A stretch of 64,000 nt of DNA, taken from positions 21,001,784-21,065,783 of the forward strand of contig JBHGNT010000014.1 of NCBI GenBank assembly GCA_043228905.1, read 5' to 3'. The DNA comes from Azolla caroliniana (taxonomy: Eukaryota > Plantae > Polypodiophyta). The translations under genes and the position numbers were made by a program. The notes beneath the pieces were generated by a model. The model was not told the origin of the DNA. It saw only the letters and a list, made by a program, of their open reading frames with translations, and did no database searches. Position 1 is the stretch's first letter. Each line of letters begins with the position of its first letter. Of the stretch, positions 1 through 10,699 are shown in pieces.

Positions 1-230
1 AAGACATGACGAAATTAGCAAATTTGAGGAGGGAGTTGAGAAGAGCGAGTGAGTAAATTAAAATGGTCATACCTGGCTTGTGTTATATCGGATTATTGTG
101 TTCAAACATGTGAATCGAAGCTAACAACGTTAGCTATGATATCGAGTTAAAAAATGAAGATTTTGAAACTCAGGTCGAGAGACATGACGAAATTAGCAAA
201 TTTGAGGAGGGAGTCGACAAGAGCGAGTGA

Positions 231-371
231 GTAAATTAAAATGGTCATACCTGGCTTGTGTTATATCGGATTATTGTGTTCATAGAATTAAAAAATCCAG
301 ATTTTGAAACTCAGGTCGAGACACATGACGAAATTAGCAAATTTGAGGAGGTTGGGGAGAAGAACCAGTGA
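231..371. repeat. 141-bp truncated monomer (37-bp deletion); second copy at 1351-1491
   Basis: The junction TTGTGTTCA|TAGAATTAAAA lacks AACATGCGAATCGAAGCTAACAACGCTAGCTATGATA. Anchor spacing is 141. Confidence 0.9.
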
Positions 372-549
372 GTAAATTAAAATGTTCATACCTGGCTCGT
401 GTGATATCGGATTTTTGTGTTCAAACATGCGAATCGAAGCTAACAACGCTAGCTATGATATAGAGTTAAAAAATCAAGATTTTGAAACTCAGGTCGACAG
501 ACGTGACAAAATTAGCAAAGTTGAGGAGGGAGTTGAGAAGAGCGAGGGA

Positions 550-639
550 GTAAATTAAAGTAATTAAGATTTTGAAACTCAGATCGAGAGACATGACAAA
601 ATTAGTATATTTGAGGAGGGAGTTGAGAAGAGCGAGTGA
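550..639. repeat. 90-bp half monomer; further copies at 1670-1759 and 1938-2027
   Basis: Junction GTAAATTAAAGTAATTAAGATTTTGAAAC. Anchor spacing is 90. The last two copies form a 268-bp (178+90) local duplication, matching the ORFs at 1586 and 1854. Confidence 0.9.
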
Positions 640-3600
640 GTAAATTAAAATGGTCATACCTGGCTTGTGTGATATCGGATTATTGTGTTCAAACATGTGA
701 ATTGAAGCTAACAACACTAGCTATTATATAGAGTTAAAAAATCAAGATTTTGAAACTTAGGTCGAGAGAGATGACGAAATTAGCAAAGTTGAGGAGGGAG
801 TTGAGAAGAGCGAGTGAGTAAATTAAAATGTTCATAACTGGCTCGTGTGATATCGGATTTTTGTGTTCAAACATGCGAATCGAAGCTAACAACGCTAGCT
901 ATAATATAAAATTAAAAAATCAAGATTTTGAAACTCAGATCGAGAGACATGACAAAATTAGCAAATTTGAGGAGGTAGGGGAGAAGACCCCGTGAGTAAA
1001 TTAAAATGGTCATACCTGGCTCCTGTGATATCGGATTTTTGTGTTCAAACATGCGAATCGAAGCTAATAACGCTAGCTATCATATCGAGTTTAAAAATCA
1101 AGATTTTGAAACTCAGGTCGAAAGACATGACGAAATTAGCAAATTTGAGGAGGGAGTTGAGAAAAGCGAGTGAGTAAATTAAAATGGTCATACCTGGCTT
1201 GTGCTATATCGGATTATTGTGTTCAAACATGTGAATCGAAGCTAACAACGTTAGCTATGACATCGAGTTAAAAAATGAAGATTTTGAAACTCAGGTCGGA
1301 GACATGAGGAAATTAGCAAATTTGAGGAGGGAGTTGACAAGAGCGAGTGAGTAAATTAAAATGGTCATACCTGGCTTGTGTTATATCGGATTATTGTGTT
1401 CATAGAATTAAAAAATCCAGATTTTGAAACTCAGGTCGAGACACATGACGAAATTAGCAAATTTGAGGAGGTTGGGGAGAAGAACCAGTGAGTAAATTAA
1501 AATGTTCATACCTGGCTCGTGTGATATCGGATTTTTGTGTTCAAACATGCGAATCGAAGCTAACAACGCTAGCTATGATATAGAGTTAAAAAATCAAGAT
1601 TTTGAAACTCAGGTCGAGAGACGTGACAAAATTAGCAAAGTTGAGGAGGGAGTTGAGAAGAGCGAGTGAGTAAATTAAAGTAATTAAGATTTTGAAACTC
1701 AGATCGAGAGACATGACAAAATTAGTATATTTGAGGAGGGAGTTGAGAAGAGCGAGTGAGTAAATTAAAATGGTCATACCTGGCTTGTGTGATATCGGAT
1801 TATTGTGTTCAAACATGTGAATTGAAGCTAACAACACTAGCTATTATATAGAGTTAAAAAATCAAGATTTTGAAACTCAGGTCGAGAGACATGACGAAAT
1901 TAGCAAAGTTGAGGAGGGAGTTGAGAAGAGCGAGTGAGTAAATTAAAGTAATTAAGATTTTGAAACTTAGATCGAGAGACGTGACTAAATTAGCATATTT
2001 GAGGAGGGAGTTGAGAAGAGCGAGTGAGTAAATTAAAATAGTCATACCTGGCTTGTGTGATATCGGATTATTGTGTTCAAACATGCGAATTGAAGCTAAC
2101 AACGCTAGCTATGCTATAGAATTAAAAAATCAAGATTTTGAAACTCGGGTCGAGAGATGTGACGATATAAGCAAATTTGAGGAGGGAGTTGAGAAGAGCG
2201 AGTGAGTAAATTAAAATGTTCATAACTGGCTCGTGTGATATCGGATTTTTGTGTTCAAACATGCGAATCGAAGCTAACAACGCTAGCTATGATATAGAAT
2301 TATAAAATGGAGTTTTGGAAACTCAGGTCGAGAGACGTGAGGATATTAGTAAATTTGAGGAGGGAGTTGAGAAGAGCGAGTGAGTAAATTAAAATGTTCA
2401 TACCTGGCTCGTGTGATATCGGATTTTTGTGCTCAAACATGCGAATCGAAGCTAACAACGCTAGCTATTATATAGAATTCGAAAATCGAGAGTTTGAAAC
2501 TCAGGTCGAGAGACATGACGAAATTAGCAAATTTGAGGAGGTAGGGGAGAAGACCCGGTGAGTAAATTAAAATGTTCATACCTGGCTCGTGTGATCTCGG
2601 ATTTTTGTGTTCAAACATGTGAATTGAAGCTAACAACGCTAGCTATGATATAGAATTAGAAAATCATGATTTTGAAACTCAGGTAGAGAGACATGACGGA
2701 ATTAGCAAATTTGAGGAGGTTAGGGAGAAGACTCGGTGAGTAAATTAAAATGTTCATAACTGGCTCGTGTGATATTAGATTTTTGTGTTCAAACATGCGA
2801 ATCGAAGCTGACAACATTAGCTATGATATAGAATTATAAAATGGAGTTTTGGAAACTCAGGTCGAGAGACATGAGTATATTAGTAAATTTCAGGAAGGAG
2901 TTGAGAAGAGCGAGTGAATAAATTAAAATGTTCATACCTGGCTCGTGTGATATCGGATTTTTGTGTTCAAACATGCGAATTGAAGCTAACAACGCTAGCT
3001 ATGATATAGAATTAGAAAATCGAGATTTTGAAACTCAGGTCGAGAGATATGATGAAATTAGCAAATTTGAGGAGCTAGGGGAGAAGACCCCGTGAGTAAA
3101 TTAAAATGTTCATACCTGGCTCGTGTGATCTCGGATTTTTGTGTTCAAACATGTGAATCAAAGCTAACAACGCTAGCTATGATATAGAATTAGAAAATCA
3201 AGATTTTGAAACTCAGGTCGAGAGAGATGACGAAATTAGCAAATTTGAGGAGGTTGGGGAGAAGACCCGGTGAGTAAATTAAAATGGTCATACCTGGATC
3301 ATATGACATCGGATTTTTGTGTTCAAACATGCGAATCGAAGCTGACAACGCTAGCTATGATATAAAATTAAAAAATCAAGATTTCAAAACTCAGGTCGAG
3401 AGACATGACGAAATTAGCAAACTTGAGGAGGGAGTTGAGAAGAGCGAGTTAGTAAATTAAAATGTTCATACCTAGCTCGTGTGATATCAGATTTCTGTGT
3501 TCAAACATGCGAATCGAGGCTAACAACGCTAGCTATTATATAGAATTAAAAAATCAAGATTTCCGAACTCAGGTCGAGAGACGTGACGATATAAGCAAAT

Positions 3601-3899
3601 TTGAGGAGGGAGTTGAGAAGAGCGAGTTAGTAAATTAAAATGTTCATACCTAGCTCGTGTGATATTAGATTTTTGATTTAAAACATACAAATTGAAGCTA
3701 ACAAAGCTAGCTATGATATAGAACTAAAAAAACGAGATTTTGAAACTCAGGTCGAGAGACATGACGAAATTAGCAAATTTGAGGAGGGAGTTGAGAAGAG
3801 CGAGTGAGTAAATTAAAATGTTCATACCTGGCTCGTGTGATATCAGATTTCTCTGTTCAAACATGCGAATCGAGGCTAACAACGCTAGCTATTATATAG

Positions 3900-6800
3900 A
3901 ATTAAAAAATCAAGATTTCAGAACTCAGGTCGAGAGACGTGACGATATAAGCAAATTTGAGGAGGGAGTTGAGAAGAGCGAGTTAGTAAATTAAAATGTT
4001 CATACCTAGCTCGTGTGATATCAGATTTCTGATTTCAAACATACAAATCGAAGCTAACAAAGCTAGCTATCATATAGAATTAAAAAATCAAGATTTTGAA
4101 ACTCAGGTCGAAGGACATGACGAAATTAGCAAATTTGAGGAGGTTGGGGAGAAGACCCGGTGAGTAAATTAAAATGTTCATACCTGGTTCGTGTGATCTC
4201 GGAATTTTGAGTTCAAACAGGGGAATCGAAGCTAACAACGCTACCTCTGATATAGAATTAGAAAATCAAGATTTTGAAACTCAGGTCGAGAGACATGACG
4301 AAATTAGCAAATTTGAGGAGGTAGGGGAGAAGACCCCGTGAGTAAATTAAAATGTTCATACCTGGCTCGTGTGATCTCGGATTTTTGTGTTCAAACATGT
4401 GAATCGAAGCTAATAACGCTAGCTATGATATAGATTTAGAAAATCAAGATTTTGAAACTCAGGTCGAGAGAGATGACGAAATTAGAAAATTTGAGGAGGT
4501 AGGGGAGAAGACCCAGTGAGTAAATTAAAATGTTCATACCTGGATCATGTGAATCGAAGCTGACAACGCTAGCTATGATATAGAATTAAAATATCAAGAT
4601 TTCAAAACTCAGGTCGAGAAACATGCCGAAATTAGCAAATTTGAGGAGGGCGTTGAGAAGAGCGAGTGAGTAAATTAAAATATTCATACCTGGCTCGTGT
4701 GATATCGGATTTCTGTGTTCAAACATGCGAATCGAGGATAACAACGCTAGCTATGATATGGAATTAAAAAATCAAGATTTTGAAACTCAGGTCGAGAGAC
4801 ATGACGAAATTACCAAATTTGAGGAGTGAGTTGGGAAGAGCTAGTTGGTAAATTAAAATGTTCATACCTGGCTCGTGTGATATCGGATTTTTGTGTTGAA
4901 GCCTGCAAATCGAAGCTAACAACGCTAGCTATGATATGGAATTAAAAAATCAAGATTTTGAAACTCAGGTCGAGAGACATGACGAAATTACCAAACATGA
5001 GGAGGGAGTTCAGAGGAGCCCTTGAGTAAATTAAAATATTCATACCTGGGGAGTGTGATATCGGATTTTTGTGTTGAAGCACGCGAATCGAAGCTAACAA
5101 CGCTAGCTATGATATGGAATTAAAAAATCAAGATTTTGAAACTCAGGTCGAGAGACATGACGAAATTACCAAATTTGAGGAGTGAGTTGGGAAGAGCTTG
5201 TAGGTAAATTAAAATGTTCATACCTGGCACGTGTGATATCGGATTTTTGTGTTCAAACATGCGAATCGAAGCTAACAACGCTTGGTATGATATGGAATTA
5301 AAAAATCAAGATTTTGAAACTCAGGTCGAGAGACATGACGAAATTACCAAATTTTAGGAATGAGTTGGGAAGAGCTAGTAGGTAAATTAAAATATTCATA
5401 CCTGGCTCGTGTGATATCGGATTTTTGTATTCAAACATGCGAATCGAAGCTAACAATGCTAGCTATGATATGGAATTAAAAAATCAAGATTTTGAAACTC
5501 AGGTCGAGAGACATGACGAAATTACCAAATTTGAGGAGTGAGTTGGGAAGAGCTAGTTGGTAAATTAAAATGTTCATACCTGGCTCGTGTGATATCGGAT
5601 TTTTGTGTTCAAACATGCGAATCGAAGCTAACAACGCTAGCTATGATATAGAATTAAAAAATCAAGATTTCGAAACTCAGGACGAGAGACATGACGAAAT
5701 TACCAAATTTGAGGAGTGAGTTGGGAAGAGCTTGTAGGTAAATTAAAATGTTCATACCTGGCACGTGTGATATCGGATTTTTGTGTTCAAACATGCGAAT
5801 CGAAGCTAACAACGCTTGGTATGATATGGAATTAAAAAATCAAGATTTTGAAACTCAGGTCGAGAGACATGACGAAATTACCAAATTTTAGGAATGAGTT
5901 GGGAAGAGCTAGTAGGTAAATTAAAATATTCATACCTGGCTCGTGTGATATCTGATTTTTGTATTCAAACATGCGAATCGAAGCTAACAATGCTAGCTAT
6001 GATATGGAATTAAAAAATCAAGGTTTTGAAACTCAGGTCGAGAGACATGACGAAATTACCAAATTTGAGGAGTGAGTTGGGAAGAGCTAGTTGGTAAATT
6101 AAAATGTTCATACCTGGCTCGTGTGATATCGGATTTTTGTGTTCAAACATGCGAATCGAAGCTAACAACGCTAGCTATGATATAGAATTAAAAAATCAAG
6201 ATTTCAGAACTCAGGTCGAGAGACGTGACGATATAAGCAAATTTGAGGAGGGAGTTGAGAAGAGCGAGTTAGTAAATTAAAATGTTCATACCTAGCTCGT
6301 GTGATATCAGATTTTTGATTTCAAACATACAAATCGAAGCTAACAAAGCTAGCTATCATATAGAATTAAAAAATCAAGATTTTGAAACTCAGGTCGAAGG
6401 ACATGACGAAATTAGCAAATTTGAGGAGGTTGGGGAGAAGACCCGGTGAGTAAATTAAAATGTTCATACCTGGTTCGTGTGATCTCGGAATTTTGAGTTC
6501 AAACAGGGGAATCGAAGCTAACAACGCTACCTCTGATATAGAATTAGAAAATCAAGATTTTGAAACTCAGGTCGAGAGACATGACGAAATTAGCAAATTT
6601 GAGGAGGTAGGGGAGAAGACCCCGTGAGTAAATTAAAATGTTCATACCTGGCTCGTGTGATCTCGGATTTTTGTGTTCAAACATGTGAATCGAAGCTAAT
6701 AACGCTAGCTATGATATAGATTTAGAAAATCAAGATTTTGAAACTCAGGTCGAGAGAGATGACGAAATTAGAAAATTTGAGGAGGTAGGGGAGAAGACCC

Positions 6801-8100
6801 GGTGAGTAAATTAAAATGTTCATACCTGGATCATGTGAATCGAAGCTGACAACGCTAGCTATGATATAGAATTAAAATATCAAGATTTCAAAACTCAGGT
6901 CGAGAAACATGCCGAAATTAGCAAATTTGAGGAGGGCGTTGAGAAGAGCGAGTGAGTAAATTAAAATATTCATACCTGGCTCGTGTGATATCGGATTTCT
7001 GTGTTCAAACATGCGAATCGAGGATAACAACGCTAGCTATGATATGGAATTAAAAAATCAAGATTTTGAAACTCAGGTCGAGAGACATGACGAAATTACC
7101 AAATTTGAGGAGTGAGTTGGGAAGAGCTAGTTGGTAAATTAAAATGTTCATACCTGGCTCGTGTGATATCAGATTTTTGTGTTGAAGCCTGCAAATCGAA
7201 GCTAACAACGCTAGCTATGATATGGAATTAAAAAATCAAGATTTTGAAACTCAGGTCGAGAGACATGACGAAATTACCAAACATGAGGAGGGAGTTCAGA
7301 GGAGCCCTTGAGTAAATTAAAATGTTCATACCTGGGGAGTGTGATATCGGATTTTTGTGTTGAAGCACGCGAATTGAAGCTAACAACGCTAGCTATGATA
7401 TGGAATTAAAAAATCAAGATTTTGAAACTCAGGTCGAGAGACATGACGAAATTACCAAATTTGAGGAGTGAGTTGGGAAGAGCTTGTAGGTAAATTAAAA
7501 TGTTCATACCTGGCACGTGTGATATCGGATTTTTGTGTTCAAACATGCGAATCGAAGCTAACAACGCTTGGTATGATATGGAATTAAAAAATCAAGATTT
7601 TGAAACTCAGGTCGAGAGACATGACGAAATTACCAAATTTTAGGAATGAGTTGGGAAGAGCTAGTAGGTAAATTAAAATATTCATACCTGGCTCGTGTGA
7701 TATCGGATTTTTGTATTCAAACATGCGAATCGAAGCTAACAATGCTAGCTATGATATGGAATTAAAAAATCAAGATTTTGAAACTCAGGTCGAGAGACAT
7801 GACGAAATTACCAAATTTGAGGAGTGAGTTGGGAAGAGCTAGTTGGTAAATTAAAATGTTCATACCTGGCTCGTGTGATATCGGATTTTTGTGTTCAAAC
7901 ATGCGAATCGAAGCTAACAACGCTAGCTATGATATAGAATTAAAAAATCAAGATTTCGAAACTCAGGACGAGAGACATGACGAAATTACCAAATTTGAGG
8001 AGTGAGTTGGGAAGAGCTTGTAGGTAAATTAAAATGTTCATACCTGGCACGTGTGATATCGGATTTTTGTGTTCAAACATGCGAATCGAAGCTAACAACG
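3900..8100. repeat. Duplication with 2286-bp offset (13x178-28) spanning the subfamily I/II boundary
   Basis: ATTTCAGAAC at 3915/6201; GACGAGAGAC at 5681/7967. Both copies share AAACAGGGGAATC and the 28-bp deletion. Copy 1 contains a 534-bp 3-mer repeat (CTTGGTATGA at 5281/5815). Confidence 0.9.
4520..4669. repeat. 150-bp monomer (28-bp deletion); second copy at 6806-6955
   Basis: Junction TACCTGGATCATGTGAATCGAAG. Anchor spacing is 150 (4520 to 4670; 6806 to 6956). Confidence 0.9.
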
Positions 8101-8719
8101 CTAGCTATGATATAGAATTAAAAAATCAAGATTTTGAAACTCAGGTCGAGAGACATGACGAAATTACCAAATTTGAGGAATGAGTTGGGAAGAGCTAGTA
8201 CGTAAATTAAAATGTTCATATCTGGCTCGTGTGATATCGGATTTTTGTGTTCAAACATGCGAATCGAAGCTAACAATGCTAGCTATGATATGGAATTAAA
8301 AAATCAAGATTTTGAAACTCAGGTCGAGAGACATGACAAAATTACCAAATTTGAGGAGTGAGTTGGGAAGAGCTAGTTGGTAAATTAAAATGTTCATACC
8401 TGGCACGTGTGATATCGGATTTTTGTGTTCAAACATGCGAATCGAAGCTAACAATGCTAGCTATGATATGGAATTAAAAAATCAAGATTTTGAAACTCAG
8501 GTCGAGAGACATGACGAAATTACCAAATTTGAGGAGTGAGTTGGGAAGAGCTAGTTGGTAAATTAAAATGTTCATACCTGGCTCGTGTGATATCGGATTT
8601 TTGTATTCAAACATGCGAATCGAAGCTAACAATGCTAGCTATGATATAGAATTAAAAAATCAAGATTTTGAAACTCAGGTCGAGAGACATGACGAAATTA
8701 CCAATTTTGAGGAGTGAGT

Positions 8720-10140
8720 TGGGAAGAGCTTGTAGGTAAATTAAAATGTTCATACCTGGCTCGTGTGATATCGGATTTTTGTATTCAAACATGCGAATCG
8801 AAGCTAACAATGCTAGCTATGATATGGAATTAAAAAATCAAGATTTTGAAACTCAGGTCGAGAGACATGACGAAATTACCAAATTTGAGGAGTGAGTTGG
8901 GAAGAGCTAGTTGGTAAATTAAAATGTTCATACCTGGCTCGTGTGATATCGGATTTTTGTGTTCAAACATGCGAATCGAAGCTAGCAATGCTAGCTATGA
9001 TATGGAATTAAAAAATCAAGATTTTGAAACTCAGGTCGAGAGACATGACGAAATTACCAAATTTGAGCAGTGAGTTGGGAAGAGCTAGTAGGTAAATTAA
9101 AATGTTCATACCTGGCTCGTGTGATATCGGATTTTTGTGTTCAAACATTGGAATCGAAGCTAACAATGGTAGCTATGATATGGAATTAAAAAATCAAGAT
9201 TTTGAAACTCAGGTCGAGAGACATGACGAAATTACCAAACATGAGGAGGGAGTTCAGAGGAGCCCTTGAGTAAATTAAAATGTTCATACCTGGGGAGTGT
9301 GATATCGGATTTTTGTGTTGAAGCACGCGAATCGAAGCTAACAACGCTAGCTATGAAATGGAATTAAAAAATCAAGATTTTGAAACTCAGGTCGAGAGAC
9401 ATGACGAAATTACCAAATTTGAGGAGTGAGTTGGGAAGAGCTTGTAGGTAAATTAAAATGTTCATACCTGGCTCGTGTGATATCGGATTTTTGTATTCAA
9501 ACATGCGAATCGAAGCTAACAATGCTAGCTATGATATGGAATTAAAAAATCAAGATTTTGAAACTCAGGTCGAGAGACATGACGAAATTACCAAATTTGA
9601 GGAGTGAGTTGGGAAGAGCTAGTTGGTAAATTAAAATGTTCATACCTGGCTCGTGTAATATCGGATTTTTGTGTTCAAACATGCGAATCGAAGCTAGCAA
9701 TGCTAGCTATGATATGGAATTAAAAAATCAAGATTTTAAAACTCAGGTCGAGAGACATGACGAAATTACCAAATTTGAGCAGTGAGTTGGGAAGAGCTAG
9801 TAGGTAAATTAAAATGTTCATACCTGGCTCGTGTGATATCGGATTTTTGTGTTGAAGCATGCGAATCGAAGCTAACAATGCTTGCTATGATATGGAATTA
9901 AAAAATCAAGATTTTGAAACTCAGGTCGAGAGACATGACGAAATTACCAAACATGAGGAGGGAGTTCACAGGAGCCCTTGAGTAAATTAAAATGTTCATA
10001 CCTGGGGAGTGTGATATCGGATTTTTGTGTTGAAGCACGCGAATCGAAGCTAACAACGCTAGCTATGAAATGGAATTAAAAAATCAAGATTTTGAAACTC
10101 AGGTCGAGAGACATGACGAAATTACCAAATTTGAGGAGTG
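8720..10140. repeat. 4-mer HOR (712 bp) x2
   Basis: GAGCAGTGAG at 9065/9777; CTATGAAATG at 9351/10063. Confidence 0.85.
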
Positions 10141-10699
10141 AGTTGGGAAGAGCTAGTTGGTAAATTAAAATGTTCATACCTGGCTCGTGTGATATCGTAT
10201 TTTTGTGTTCAAACATGCGAATCGAAGCTAACAACGCTAGCTATGATATAGAATTAAAAAATCAAGATTTCGAAACTCAGGACGAGAGACATGACGAAAT
10301 TACCAAATTTGAGGAGTGAGTTGGGAAGAGCTAGTTGGTAAATTAAAATGTTCATACCTGGCTCGTGTGATATAGGATTTTTGTGTTCAAACATGCGAAT
10401 CGAAGCTAACAACGCTAGCTATGATATAGAATTAAAAAATCAAGATTTTGAAACTCAGGTCGAGAGACATGACGAAATTACCAAATTTGAGGAATGAGTT
10501 GGGAAGAGCTAGTACGTAAATTAAAATGTTCATATCTGGCTCGTGTGATATCGGATTTTTGTGTTCAAACATGCGAATCGAAGCTAACAATGCTAGCTAT
10601 GATATGGAATTAAAAAATCAAGATTTTGAAACTCAGGTCGAGAGACATGACGAAATTACCAAATTTGAGGAGTGAGTTCAGAGGAGCCCTTGAGTAAAT

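Larger units (their letters stand above)
1..1945. repeat. 1121-bp 7-unit HOR (178+141+178+90+178+178+178), about 1.7 copies
   Basis: Position 1 matches 1122. Anchors 53/231/372/550/640/818 match 1174/1351/1492/1670/1760/1938. The offset becomes 1120 after a 1-bp deletion near 1298, and the ORFs at 466 and 1586 are offset by 1120. Confidence 0.9.
1..4750. repeat. Satellite subfamily I (more divergent, indel-rich domain)
   Basis: Diagnostic motifs: AAATTAGCAAA, GGGAGTTGAGAAGAGCGAGTGAG or GTAGGGGAGAAGACCCGGTGAG, and TATAGAATT. Many private SNVs and truncated monomers of 141, 90, 177 and 150 bp. Confidence 0.9.

Noticed and set aside
466-2636. Minus-strand ORFs (466-717, 1586-1837, 1854-2102, 2433-2636) and plus-strand ORF 992-1177
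   Set aside because: They are translations of the satellite, lengthened where the 90-bp in-frame half-monomer or an SNV removes a stop codon. They have no recognisable domains, and their similarity merely reflects the repeat.
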